This document shows, piece after piece, positions 23,901 through 37,911 of a DNA stretch of 64,000 bases. The notes under the pieces are model-generated. The model did not search any database, was not told the origin of the DNA, and saw only the letters and a program-made list of their open reading frames with translations. Location of the stretch: NCBI GenBank assembly GCA_010909165.1, contig MU008213.1, forward strand, positions 47,481-111,480. The letters are read 5' to 3'. Origin of the DNA: Anthoceros angustus. Taxonomy: Eukaryota; Plantae; Anthocerotophyta. The position numbers were made by a program, and so were the translations under genes. The stretch's first letter is position 1, and every line of letters begins with the position of its first letter.

Positions 23901-24949
23901 TTTATTTTAGCTCAATATCTAGCGAGCTTATACCTCAAAAGAAAACCCACAAGGAGTCAGTCCCCACTCGAGGACCGGCGTCAAGGAACTTGGTACTTTA
24001 ACAACTTGTACACTTGAGGAGCGCGGCGTCATGGAACTTGGTACTTAACAATTTGTACCATGGTGTGCCTAAGTTACTTGTACCAAGGGCATCCACTCCC
24101 TTTAGACACCCCATGTAAGTAGCGATCTAAATTCAGGATGCTTAATGACGGCGTTCTTATAAATGTGTGTCCATTTGGACACGGGAAGCGGGCTAGTGTT
24201 GTGTGGAGATTTAGTACCTGCCACGGATTTCGCCTGGCCAGGTAAGACAAAAGGAAATAAAATAAAAACGGTGAAGGCATCTAAAGTCACGATTCGACAT
24301 CACATCCCGGCTCGAGACCCGGAGATGCAGCTCTATCCACAGGGAAGGCTCCATAGAGCTTAAGAACGACAAGTGCTGCTTCCTGCTAGTGGAGCTGCAT
24401 TCCTGAGCATCCATGGAGGGCACCATCGTGTTGTCATGGATCCTGGTTGTGGTGGCGCACTGCCCATGTCTCACTTCTTCCACACATGTGGCAAATTACT
24501 TTGCCTTCCCTCAAACTTGGTGGTGGCCCCAATAATCAGGCCTTTGCCTCTGCAAGCCTATCAACGGTTGCGGCAACCTCAACTACTTCCTTGGCTTAAT
24601 TGCCTTCACCCTTTTCCTCACGTGGTAGGAGCTACTCCTTGGGTGGGTCATCAAAAGCTAGCTGGGCGCTTACCTACGGTGGTGGGACATTCTCCTACCC
24701 ATACCTACGGGGTAGGAGTTCTCTCCACTTAGCCTACCGTGGTGGGAGTTTCTCCGGTGGTAGGATACCTACCGCAGTAGGACATCTCCCGTTCACATAT
24801 GTCTCCTACCCTCCTCACTAGAAGGTCATTTGATCCGTTTCTTTTCCCTAAGTATCCTCTCTTCCAAGCGGCATCCTCGACTCCGGCTTCAATGAACAAA
24901 ACATTTCTCGCATGTTTCCACCAAACCATTTCTATCAAAAGCATTCGGA

Positions 24950-26700
24950 CTGTTCAAAACAACTCACTTAAACCGGTTTCTTTTGCGTTCCACCAGTATT
25001 GGGATAGGCGCCCTTATGCTCAAAAGAGCTAGAGTCGCCCGAGCGTCGGCGCGCCTCTCAAGGGTGCAATACACGGGTTTGGAAGGTTGCGTCAATACGT
25101 GTGGCAAGCACTTTCGTTCAAGTTGCTTGTGCACACTTGCCGCGCACCAACACTCACGTCAATTCTCTTTTCAAACCCGTGATTGAGCAATCCAGGCGGG
25201 CATACCTGTCGACTGGCCCTCCGTGTCGGAGATCGCGCAGATGCAACATTGGGCCCGTGAAAATTGGACAAGGTAAAGGATGGTGAGGCCTCCTCAACGT
25301 TCTTGATCAAACTCTTGAGCTTACATTTCTTCTTGTCAAGTCCGTACCGCTTTCAACCTTAATCTATCCATGGGTGGCACATGGAGCAAGTCAGATCTTA
25401 AATTCAAAATCTCATGGCGAAGCTTGGCTATAGTTCGTCTTTGAACACCTAGCTGCGCCACAGCTGTAGTGGGCGTCACAGTGGGTATAGACAGGTCCTC
25501 CTTCAGAGCCTCACTAAAATACTCAGCCATTTGGTCAAAACCCCCAGCTCGGGCGACCAGCCCTCTTTCTTCAGATACTCGCTGGCTCTCACTAGGGCTC
25601 GCAGTGGCCAGGCAGATGCTCTCTTATACTTGAGTTCGACTGCATCCGACAGGCTTTCATTACTCAAGGACAAATCATCTTTTCCTTTTATTTTCTTGCT
25701 TCTCTGCAAAACATTGTGAAACATTGTCGTCTTCAAAAGGTTGGCCATTAGAAACCACCATCATACATGTCGAATTTTGGAAAATGTAGCTCATCTAGAA
25801 ACCAAGGCCTATGCATCTATACGTGCATCAAACTCGAATAGGCGGACATTTGGCGCACCAATCAAAGAGATCCGGTACCAAGTCATCGGTAGGGGCACAT
25901 AGAGTAAGGCCAAAAGGTTTAACATGTTGTATACAAAGCGAATGTGGGAATATAACATCAACCAACAAATGATTTTCAAAAATAATATTCATGACTTCGC
26001 CTAGATCTGGGATGATTTACAAATTTTTCAAACCACTAAAAATCAACACTCCATCACGGTATTGATACGCCTCTAGGTTGTATGATGGAATTCTTACAAA
26101 GTTTTCAAAGCACCAAAAAAAAGCAAACCATCCTAGTACTAATCCAACCCAAGGTGTAGCCGTGGAATTCCCAAAGCACCAAAGTCAAGCACCCCATCCA
26201 CAGTGTGATCCGACCAAGGTGCTTAACCTTGGAGTTCTATGCCATTGAGTCAACACCAATCTAAGCGGATGCCCAGAGGATTCAAACAATATATATATTT
26301 TCTGTGGGGCATCCACTCCACCATTTCCATCTCATTTGGACGCAAGATTAGGTCTCAAAAAATCGGACGTCGTGAGGCTTCTAACTCGCCAATGTCTTGA
26401 CGTCCGAGCGCATTGCTCAATTCCTTCCAATGTTTTCACTCTAACAATGGAGATCCCAAGGTTGTGTACTCACAGTGCATCAAACGTCCAGCACTACTTT
26501 CTAGAGTCGTAGTTTGGTCCTCTTGAGATGGCCATGATCAGGCTATCGGTTAATGTTCTCTCACAATTGCGCCGGACGTCCGTAGCAGTTGCTTCTCTTT
26601 ACTGCAATTGCTACTTTTTGTTGGTTCTTGGGACGTCCGGCAGTTTGGCTGCTGGACTAGTTTTGTTTGGTTTGCCTCTTTGTTCACCTGCTAAGTACTA
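24950..26700 (-). pseudogene. Uncharacterised TE-associated ORF remnants (globular region plus coiled coil and Cys-rich tail)
   Basis: Consecutive minus-strand ORFs 25503..25748, 25336..25530 and 25092..25310 with coding-like composition; no family recognised. Confidence 0.35.
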
Positions 26701-26899
26701 TCGCTGCGAAAGAGGTGTTTAGGATTCCTAGCACTTAAAAATCCTTGAAATCCCTTCCTTGTGAAGGTGAAATCATGAACCTTCTTGACTTAAACCACAT
26801 TGTAAGTATTCACGAAAATAACATGGTCAATATCTTTCGATTACATGTTTAAAGTGGTTTTGCTAAGATGATGCATTTTGGCTGGCCGAAGTCACTTTG

Positions 26900-28746
26900 G
26901 TCTTTAGGGACCCAAACCCCTTTAATGGAGAAAACCTATGCCGAGAGATGACATTGTAAAGGTACTAAGAAGAAAGGCACCATTTGTAATTGGTGCAGGA
27001 TCCCAAATCACATGAAAAAGTTGTTACAAAAAGAAAACGAGAACCGCAAGGAGGCTCCCATCGAGCTAACGTTCGTGAAGAAATCTTCAACAACACCTCA
27101 TATTATTAATGCATGAACCCATATCAACTCCTGATGGCTCACTCTTTTGCACAGCAAGTTCCAAGCAAGTTAATACCGTGGTATCTCGGAGGAGCGACCT
27201 CACATCTGCAACAACAAGGACTCTTTGAGTCATATTCCCCATCTTAGGACCGGCCCTATTGGGTGATGATCATAACCTTCCATATTTGGCAGTTCGGTTG
27301 TTTCGGATGTAATTCGGTCCAAGATTTACACCTCCATGACGTCCTCCATGTACCCTCCATGTGCAAGAATTTAGTATCAGCTGCAAGTCTCTGCGAAGAG
27401 CATGATATGCAAGTGATCCTTTATTCAGGTAGTTGTCTAGTCTCTTATTTAAGTGATAGATACAACACCATTTGTTCAGGCACTAAAGAAAACGGCCTAT
27501 ACCGCTTGTCTGTACAAGCCGGAGCCTCTCATTCTGCTTATGTTGCCTCACAAAATACAGCGACACCCTCTCACACTATGCTTTGGCATTGTCGCTTAAT
27601 AGTCAGAAATTACAGCAAATGTCAAAAGGGAATTTATATCGAATTCCTTGCCTTGCAAAGGTTGAGCACCTTCCTTGGTGCGAAACTTGTGTCCTCACTA
27701 AGAGACATCAAGAGCCTTTCAAAAACAAAACTCCCCAAAGGGCTAAGTCATCTTTAGAGGTAGTTCATATAGACATTTGTGGTCCCCTCTCTACACCCTC
27801 CTTTAGTGGTAGTAGATATTTCTTGACCTTTATAGATGACTACTCTCGTTTTGTCCTTACCTATATCCTTCAAAATAAGAGTGATGCATATCAGTTCTTC
27901 AAGGATTACATGGCATGGGCTGAGAGATTAACAGATAAGAAACTCAAGACCTTACGTTCCGACAATGGTGGCGAGTTTATATCTAATCAATTTGGGGTTC
28001 TCACGAAATAAGGTATAGCTCAACAACTCACATTGTATACTCCTCAACAAACCAGAGTGAGAATAAGAACCTATGCCTCCAAGATCATCGCTGCTTATTA
28101 CAAAGCTAATTTATCCAAAGCTTATTGGCCGAGGCCCTTCTTACACCCACATATCTCATGGATCGATTGCCATCGCTAGCAAGGTATGACACCTTATGAA
28201 GCATTCATCGAATAAGCCTTCTATTGATCATCTTGATATTTGGATCTCCGCATGTGGCTTTATTCCTAAAGCATTGCGAAGAAGATCCCAAAGCAGCCAA
28301 GTACATTTTTATTGGCTACAACGAAGGTATCAAAGTGTATAAATTATTTCACCCATCTGTAAGGCAACTCCTTTACGCCAGGAGTGTTACTTTTAATGAG
28401 GCTTACCTATTTTCCCAGTGGGAGATGATACGTCGCTTCTGCCTCTTGATGAGACCATCGACTCTTCCTTCTTTGATGAAGACGACTTCATCACCCATTT
28501 TCCAGCCTCGCTCTTGTTTTGTTGTTGAACCCATTATGCAGAGGAGGAGGAGTTAGCATCTATTCCACAACAAATACTAATATGGACATCCCAGGAGCCA
28601 CGACACTATGCGAAGATTCGAGCTTGATGGTCGGAGGATATTGAAATGGAGCCTCGATGATCCCAATGAAGATCCAACATGGGAATACGATACCCGCACA
28701 AAGGTACAACCCTCGCATCACGACCTACAATTCAAGGTCTCAGAGG
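26900..28746 (+). mobile_element. gag-pol: Ty1/Copia host element, 5' part (zinc knuckle, protease, integrase)
   Basis: ICNWCRIPNH zinc knuckle (~26980), WYL.GGATSHIC, LWHCRL, WCETCVLTK, LEVVHIDICGPLSTPSFSGSRYFLTFIDDYSRF, LKTLRSDNGGEF. Confidence 0.9.
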
Positions 28747-31700
28747 TGGAAGACCACATATACACTAGCCCCTCTCAAGTGTCGGATGAACGATTTTTTT
28801 TGTTTTGGAGTGTTTGTATAGCAAAGTGCTTTGAGAATCACTGGTAAGGTCTTTTATAAGAATGGTCCTTGGCCCTTGGATAATAATTTTTTTTTTGAAC
28901 CTTAGGTTTGACAGGTAGGTAGATAGAGTCCTTGGGTGATTTTAGAAATAAGAAAGTGTCTATATATGTTAGGATGCCTACATGCCACCACGGGCGCAAG
29001 TGGAGGTAGTTCCACCACGGTGGCCAAGAACGGACGCATGCACTGTGGGGAGTTTACAACCCTAGTGGCGGAGCGGCCGCCGGAGCGAATCGAGAGGACA
29101 CACCCAAGACCGAGGTCGCTTTCCGTGCCGTGGCCGGGGCGCAGGGCAGCAGATGCACCGCGCGAGCCTCCGCTCGTCAGGCAGTTGGACGACGCGCACT
29201 GCAGCAGGCAGAGAGAACCGGCAGGAAGGAGGAGACGCCGAGGCAAGAGCGCCAACAAGGCAAGTGGAGGAGACGCGAGGGTGGTGTTCTTTCCCACTGC
29301 AGGAGTGTTGAGTTTTGGGAAACAAGGAGAGAGAGATGGCGCCCGAGCGCCGAAATTTACTCACGCAGGGCCCAACATGGACCATCGGAAGGTGAGAGCG
29401 GGCACTGGTGCAGAGCCGGGTGAATTTATGGAGAAGAAATGGTGTTACGACAACCAAAGATTGGTGCAAGAGTGCGCCCGGCAATTGAGACCAAGTCGCA
29501 AGAGGGTGACGCGAGGAAGAGGCCAAAACTGGATTTGGGACTCTTTCGAAAGCAGTATGGGCGAGAAGCATCAGGATGGGAGCTTGGTGATTGACCTCAG
29601 AAAGAAGACCTTGAGAGGCAGGCGCCATGAAGCCCGGAAGTGAGAGTGAACAATGGATGGGTGACTCGCCAACTCGTTCTCATACCGGTGGGATTGGCCA
29701 AATGGATTTTGTGTTTCAACCTAAGTTGGATCATATGGCGGATCACTTCGGTTTTTCTTCACGAGGTGGTTAAAGGTACACAAATTGATTGGGGAGGATG
29801 ATCTTTGAAAGAGCCTGTGAGGAGAGGCGAATTGCTCTCCCTTCCTCCCTCCTTGATTTCACCTTTTCTAATTCATGTGTTCGCGCATTCGTGTTTAACG
29901 GAGTTGAAGTCGGTCTTCATGGTTGGAAACCGGCCGTGAACCCAAGGTAGAAGAGGAGGAGAGGAGGAAGATTCGGAAGGATTCCAGAAGGGAATGCGCC
30001 CCAGAAGATCTGGAGGGTGGGAAGGTTTCCAAGGGCAAGAAGCGAAGGGCGGCGACGGCCGAACGGGTCGGCGAAGAAGGGAGGACACAGAAGAGGAACC
30101 CACCACACCTGTGGTCACCAGTCGAACGGCAGCAGAACGCGAGTGAAGGAGGAGAAAATAAAGGGAATGGCAAGCTCCCTCCTGTGTGAGGAGTCGCCGC
30201 CGCTAGGAGAGATTGGAGATGAGGAGAGTGGCAAACCAACCCCTAGAGAAGAGGGGTTAACTTATAGCCAAGACCGCGGAGCTCCTAACATTTTGGCGAC
30301 ATTTCACCGAACCGTCCTACCGAGGTGGAGGATAGAGACACCGTCACACGAGAATTGTTGTGGAGGGATGGGCACGGGACAAATTAATTTGGAATGGTTT
30401 GACTGCCATGGCTCGACGCAGCGATCTCCCAGACCATGGCTCTCACCGGCCGAGTGTGCAAGGCCAACGGAGAAGTTGCTCAAGGAGAAGTTGGAGAGCC
30501 CGAAGGCGAGAGCAAGGTGCCGAGGAGCGCAGACGGAATGCGAGGCGGCCTATGCAAGGCATGTGAGCGCAAAGGCCATGTCCACCAACAGAGGCCTTAG
30601 TAATCAGGGGGGCGATGCTACAATTGAAGAGCTTCAAGATGAGGTCTCATGAGTCCAGAACAAATGGAAACAATGGCGCCTTGAGAAATTCAAGAAGTCA
30701 TGAGAGATACAAGCGAGAGAGATGAAGCTAGGCCGAGTCAAGAGAGAGGTGGCCAAACCAAGAAAGGCGAAAAGACCGCAGAGCAAGCAACCACCGAAAC
30801 TACCACCACGGTGGCTAAACCGCCACCGCCGTGGAAGGAGGAACCGAGGTGGGGAAGTCACCGACGGGTCGCAGATGGAGGACAGAGAATCAAGGCACCG
30901 CCTGTGATTGTCCACGGAGGAGAGGGTAAGGACCTCAGATCAAGGCGACAGTTGGCCCGGATGAGGATGCTCATGTCCTCGGCTTCTCGCATGGTGAGTG
31001 CTCACTCTAAATGTGTATGTGGTTGTTGGGACAGAGGGGCGTAAACCATTGGTCAGACATCTTGACCGCCACTGCCTAAAGCTGGTTCCTTCCGAGGGAG
31101 CGGGCGCCTATCCTCGCAAGTGGTGATCGAGAAATGAGCGAGGCGCAGCCGTATGGAGGGAGGAGCACAGGTGGCGGTCCAAATGAGAGGAGCAACAACA
31201 GAGGGCCCATAGACGCGCCCATGGAAGGCGCGAGGGAAAGTGCAGTGAGAGCGAGGTGGAGGTTTTGGGGAAAATCGCCGGATCGAGGCGCAGGAGAGCG
31301 AGAGGGGTCCCCATGAGGGCTAGGCAATCAGGAGCCCACTGATTTTAGGAGAGTCATCATAGGACCGAGGCTTTTGGGGTAGGGATAGGAGTTGAGGACC
31401 GCGGTCAGAGCTGATTGGTAGGAGCCGTGGTAGTGCCAATTTTAGACACTAGAGAAGTGAGTTGGACCACAACCCGATGTATAAGAGACCCTTTGGGTGT
31501 CTCTCAATGCATATCGTGTGAACTTCCGTGTGTTCGAACTATGCGCGAGGTTGATTGGAGACGTCAAGATCAAACGCATGCACCGCCTTCTCACAAGAAG
31601 GCCGGAAGATCCTGGATGGTCGAGAGCGGAGTGGCCAAGCTCCACTGGGTGACAAGGCGCACGCCGAAAAAGAGGTAGGAATTGCCGCGAAGGCCGAGGG

Positions 31701-32294
31701 AACCGGAAGGCGAATCGCCCAAGCACCGCCGGGTTTTCCCGATCCTCTTCCAACCGCCACCAGTGTGTTCATTCCATGAGAGGGGTCCGGGCCCAAGGAG
31801 GGGTCTGTGGCTGGAGGGGTCTGTGCCCAAGGAGGGGTCTGTGGCCCAAGGAGTCTGTGGTGGAGGAGAAGAGTTCATTGAAGGGAAAGGTTCTCAAGGA
31901 GGAGTGCTACCGAGGGATTGTGAGAGAGTGTGTGAGGGAAAATCGAATGCGTAGAGGAGTGGAAGCGGTGGTGGAATCGCAAAATTAGAGGTAGAGTGAG
32001 GTGTATATAGGTGTCCGCGCCCATAGCCCCCAAGGTCCGTGAGAAGCCGGTGATAATAGACTCGACAAAGGGCGTGGTGAGGGACCCGCCATTGAACCGC
32101 CACGCGTGGTTCTCTACCATGGTGGTGGGTTTGGGTAGGTAGCGGAGAAGGTAGTGAGCGACGGGTAGGTCTAGAATCCATAGATTTAACACCTTGACAC
32201 AACACCATTCCCTTGGGATCGAATCCTAGGACTATAACGACATAGAGGGTAAATGTGGCCTCTTTGCGCCTTCGGATGCAAAACCCATTCCACA
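28747..32294 (+). repeat. 5' LTR (~3.55 kb) of the Athila-like element
   Basis: Collinear with 37912-41545 along its whole length; ends AAAACCCATTCCACA just before the PBS. Confidence 0.9.
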
Positions 32295-32311
32295 TTTTGG
32301 CGCTGCCGGGA
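32295..32311 (+). promoter_or_regulatory. PBS, tRNA-Asp type (Athila-like)
   Basis: TTTTGGCGCTGCCGGGA matches the Athila-type TGGCGCCGTTGCCGGG with a 3-nt deletion. Confidence 0.8.
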
Positions 32312-32382
32312 ATGAAACTCAAGGTTATAGGGGACTAACCATAGCTTAGGTGTCTAGTTTTGGAGTGTATCTAGTTAGGTAG

Positions 32383-35300
32383 ATGGATGCCACGGTTGAG
32401 TCGAGGGTTCAGAGTCAAGCCTGGACGGAAGGCCACACGAGAAGCGACAACGCCAAGCAATCGGAAAGGTTGAAAAGGGTTGCAAACCGCGAGTTGAGGA
32501 GGGTCCACCGAAGACGACCCGCTGGAAGGAGAAGGAGGTAAGGAAGCAACTGTGGGACGGGGTCCGATCTTGTTGGAGCAAGATCCCCAACCTCGGACTT
32601 GGACGAGGTACCACCGCCAAGGAACCTGACCAATTCCATCCACCGACCTCTCTTCCAAAAGTGTGCGATCTGGAGATCAATCGACTCCAGAACCGTTGTT
32701 GACCAACCACACCGAATCAAGAACGATAGTCATGACCACCACCCGGTGGTGGTCACCACCAAGCAACCTTACCAGATGGAGAGGGAAGGGTATGAAGACC
32801 GATGAATTTGTTGAGGAGCATTGACATTTGCAAACCAGAAGCGGAGATGCACAACAGATTCATTGTTCTATGGAGTTCTTCGGGGTCCAATAGGCGCGAA
32901 TACCTCAAGTCGCCCACACCTCCAAAGAACCTATGAAGAATTAAAACCGCCTGTGAGAGGTCTGGGGCTTGACGTGGAGGGATACGTGTTGTCCAAGCTT
33001 GAAAAGCCGCAGAGAGGAAAGAAGGAAACCTTGCAGCGATGTGGAGAGGTTTCACCCACGCGATCGTGGCCCTCACTCGAGTTGCGCAATACGGTGGTTC
33101 GCTAAAGGCCCGGGTTCTAAGATGGGGAGACACGAAGGTTACAAGCGGAGAAGAATTTGGGCAAGGCTATCAAGGCGGCGCTAAACTATGAGGAATCCAA
33201 CCCGCAAGGAGGAGGAAGGCTAAGAAGGAGAAGAAGAAGCCTGTGATGGAAAAAGAAGGGATCCTCATCCTCCTAAGGAAAGTTCATCGTGTGAAGAGAG
33301 CTCCACGTAAGATTCCATGTAAAGTTCCTGAGGAGGAAACGAGTGACGGAGGAAGCGCCATCGATGAGGAGCGCCAAATGGAAAAAGAAATGAAGGGTCG
33401 TGCACGGACAACAAGGAGTCGGCAAGGGCAAAACAGAGGCGATGTACGAAAAAGGACGGAACAAGAAGGAGGGACCGAGGTAAGCCAAGAAAGTAGAACA
33501 ACAGGGAACAAGATGGAGGAGATGATGGCAAAATTCGAGAAATTCCATCTTAATGCGGTCAAGGAACATGAGAGGAGAGAGTCACACGAACCCACGAGCC
33601 AACCTCTTCTGCTCAACGGGGCAGCAGGGACACTCCAAAGCTAATTGTCCGACGACAAGGGTACACCCGGGATATGAGGAGGAAGAGGAAGAGGGTCCGT
33701 GGAAGATACATACCATCCGTGAGGTTCAACCCAAGTGTACCCAAGACCATGTACCCGCCAACCTACGAATTCCACGGGGGGCGTCAGAATCACAAGGGTA
33801 ACAATCCAATGGGCACCGCTGCTATAACGCAACCTTGACACTATGCACATGCCTTATCCAACTCAAAGGCAATGGAGATTTTGATAAACTATGTCAAGAT
33901 TGTAGCAGCAGGGCATTTGGTGAAGTGTGCTCGCCAAAGCCCCGTAAAGACGGTGAGGATCGCACCACCGTGGGGAGTTCAAAAACCCCAAGTCCGTCCG
34001 CCATGCATGTTGAGGACGACTTATGGCGGTATGGGAGGATGCCGAGATTGGAACCCCGAGGAGCTTGAGGGATTAGACGAAGCGATTATTATGGGGAAGC
34101 CTCCGCCATGGTCGTAGAACAAGGAGCACAAAAGCAAAAGAGAGGCGTGGGGAAAAAAGAAGAAAGGAGGCGGATACGACCACGGGATCGATGAGGGAGA
34201 GAGTGTCGCCACCAGGGGGTACAAAATAAACAACCAGGTGGAACACAAGTCCCGACTTCATGGATGGACCATATGTGCAAAAGAGTGATGCAAGACTGAG
34301 TGTTCCACGAGGGTTCAAAGGTGAAAGGAATGAAGGACATAATTGAAGAACCCTACCGATTTCCGAGGTGAAAAAATGAGTTAGGGTTTCCAGACGACGG
34401 GAAGAGTCATGGATATGATACAAGAAGAATTGGCAAGGAGGCGGGGTCGAGGCGCCGACCACCGTGGGAGTCCACCACCCCACCGAAGGGCCACCGCATC
34501 AAGTCATGACGAACACAACCAACCAACCGGATGGCGAGGAGGGCTTTTCAATCTCGCCGAGGCCATCATGGACCAACATTTCATGATCACATTCGACAAC
34601 TCCTCCGAGACAATCCATGATAGGCAGCATCGAGGGTTAAAAGAGGCGCAACCCAAAAAGAGGCGCAATGTTCCTATACCACCAATCGCCGGGTGAACTT
34701 GGTATCCATGGTGGATCAAGGCCCACCAACCTGTGGAAATTTCGGATGTGTCAGGAGTGCCTCTCGACTGGGTGTATTATGACAAGACACGCTAGGAAAT
34801 TGGGCTTGATATTGAACATACTACAAGGTTTTGAGGCTAGACATGTCCGTAATGGTGGGGGAACCGACAGGTGCTAACATTGGAACCATCCCTACTTGAT
34901 GGATTATGTAGTCATCCAAAGAAAATCGCACGACGTCCTAATTGGCCGAACATGGATGTACGATCGCAATGCACGCCAAGTGGGAAGAAGGAAGTTTTTA
35001 AACTGGAATGGGATCCCAAGACCAAGGAGGAAGGATGTGCCTATCGTGGAGTAAGGACATGTATGCAGTGAAACTCCAATGAAGGAGGGTACACTCAGAG
35101 GACACGTCGGGAGATGCAAGAGGAAGATAGGTTTCACACATCTCATGGTCCGATGAGGAGCAGGACTACCGCAGACATATCCCATATACAATTAACCTGG
35201 GGTCGTTACGGGTAACCATGCGTGCTCAAGGAAGGGGGCTGAAGGGATCGAGGAGGAGCGAGTACGCCACGCCGGAGGATTTGTTTAGGAATGGGGCATG

Positions 35301-37900
35301 AGAGAAGAGGAACCGGAGCCGTAAGAAGGATAGCACCGCACCGCACCAAGAGAGCGAGTGGGTGATGAAGTCAAGGACGTTGAGGTTCTTCCGTGGAAGG
35401 TGCTCAAATTCTCCGAACAATGGATGCGGCGTTGAGGAAGGAATGAAGCAACTGTAATCATCGATGTTTTCGAGGTAACAGACATGAAGGGATCCCCAAA
35501 GAATGCGAGCATAGGATTGACTGTGAGCAATCCGAAGGATTCCACAAGACAAGTTAAACCAAGTACTCCTCAAGGTAAAGGATCGCTTGGAGATGTACCT
35601 CAAGGGACGTGATCTATCCTATAGTCAATACCGAATGGGTGGCTCCAATAGTGGTAGTACTAAGAGGCGCCAGCAAACCGAGTTTGTCAGATCGAGAAGG
35701 TTGAATAAGGTCACCAAGAAGGATCACTTTCCGCTACCCTTCATCGATAATATCCTCGATCCGTCGCAGTGTAATGGCGATTCATTCCTAGATGGGTACT
35801 GCATAATCACCGCACCTTAGGGAGAGCGATTGGCCTCGACCGCTTTTACAACCGATCGGGGACATATGCTTACAAGCGCACGGTTGACGGAGCACTGGTC
35901 CTTCATGCGAGCCATCAAAATTTTCAAGGACTTCCTCGCGACTTTATGGAAGTTTTCCGACGACTTCCGATTCAAGGACCATCCGTCCGCACCTCCGAAG
36001 TGCTCGGAGGTCGAACCACGCAATTATGCTCGCATCCGTAAAAGTGCTACTGCATGTCGAGGGAATTGCATCGAATTTTCAAGCCGAGGTATAGAAGTAG
36101 ATCCGACAAGGTAAAGGTCATCGCCACCCTTAGAGCACCAATAACGCTAAAGGAACTCCGTGGGTTCCCGGGATGGTCGCATAGACGCTTGCTCCAAATT
36201 TCGCCAAGCGGCCGCCCCACTAACGAGCTTGTTAAGGAAGGATCGAGTGGGAATGGACGACGAACGGAGGAAGCATTTCGTGACTTACGCACACATCGCT
36301 ACAGCCCCACGCTAAAGGACCGGATCGAGTAAGAAGTTCCACGCTGCTGATGTTTCAAAGATTTGCAATTGGTCGGCCCAGCCGGATGAGAAGAAGAAGG
36401 ATTTTCCGATCTACTATGCCGAGACAACTAACGGACGCGACGAAAGTATACCACCACGGAGCGCAAGCATGGAATGGTTTACTCGAAATTCGACACTACC
36501 TCCTCTCGTATGAATTTGTGTTCCATGTTGACCACTTTGCCTTGAAACACCTTGTGAATAAACTCGACCTTTCGGACGATAGCACGCTGGATCTTGCCGT
36601 GAGTTTACCTTCACAAAGGAAACGAGAGGGTAGGAAGCATATCAATGCCGACTTCATATCTCGATTGAAAGGTGGAACGACCAGAAGATGACTTCCGATG
36701 AGACACTGTCAGGAGTTGCAAACCAAAAGTGAAGCCGGGCCTCAAGGAGGAGCCAGATCGATTGAGAAGGGAGGTGGCTTCACAAGACCAACATATCGTG
36801 AGATATACGATTATCTTGGCACGGGCCAAATTCCTCCACATCTTCCAAGAGATTCAAAGCGTCCACTACTCCGACTATCTACACGGCACAAGAACTTTAT
36901 ACCGAGTCCCGACGGTGGAGCGGTTATGGGTACGCAAGTGAGCGGAGTCCCGAGCTTTTACACGAAGAGGCGGAGGTCATTATGCCGCATGTCACATGCA
37001 GGAAAATTTTGAGGTCGGCTATTGGTGGCCTACAATGTACAAGGATGCCAAGGAGTTCGTGAAACCGTGACGCTGCCAAAGGGTCGGCAAGCCAACGAAC
37101 AACCCAATGGCCCCTTGTCCCCATACTTGCACCGCACCATTCGAGAAATGGGGAATCGATTTTGTCGCCCTATCCACCCCAAAACCAAGGCTCGCCAAAA
37201 CCAATACATCCCGTGGCCACAGACATCAGACACGGATGGTAGCGCACGCACGCAGATTCGTCACGCCGTGATTCTGCTCGAGCAAATCACTCACCGATAT
37301 GGCACGAGCCGGGTCTGATGAGGAACACATTTCAATCGTAATCTCAACATGACCAACCACTTCAACGTCGATCATGTGAAGTCCACGCCTTATAACCCAA
37401 AAGCCAATGGTAAAAGGCAAATGGCTTGTTGTGCAAGATCCTAACCAAACTCACGCCGCTATATGATCGATATGAAACCGTGATTCAAGACTGGGCATCG
37501 ACCGCTGAAAAGGTGACAACGCAGAACTCAGACCTTACATTTCACCCGTCATGCCAATAGAATTCAAGTTCCCACCGAGAATACAGAACCAAGTCGAATG
37601 CCGTGGAGGAATTGGAAAGGTTGGTGGGTTTCAGACACAGAGGACAGAGAACAAGCCTCCAAGTTATGCGGGATGTCCAAAAGGAGGAAGGAGTGGCACG
37701 ATAAGATCAAGAAGACGTTGTTCCCGGGATCCGCTTTACTATATGATAACCGATACATGCATTTTCCGTAAATTACATCTCGGATGGACCCCTTCGAGTT
37801 TCAAGTTTTCAACGGATCAATTCAACTCAATTTTAGTGACCACGCCAACGGTCAACGGTTTATTAAATATTACAATAAGTTGGCGAGGACGCCAACAAAT
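32383..37900 (+). CDS. gag-pol: gag-pol of the Athila-like element, heavily frameshifted
   Basis: Zinc knuckle CST(C)GQQGHSKANCP (~33610-33650); RT RRLNKVTKKDHFPLPFIDNILD (~35700-35760) and LRAPITLKELRGF; RH LLSYEFVFHVDHFALKHLVNK and HINADFISRL; integrase F(E)KWGIDF and YNPKANG. Confidence 0.9.
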
Positions 37901-37911
37901 GAGAAGGAGTA

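Noticed and set aside
28608-28847. Chromodomain-like 'ILKWSLDDPNEDPTWE'
   Set aside because: It lies in the Copia INT-RT linker and reads in frame into the Copia RT side once the nested element is removed; the resemblance is probably coincidental.
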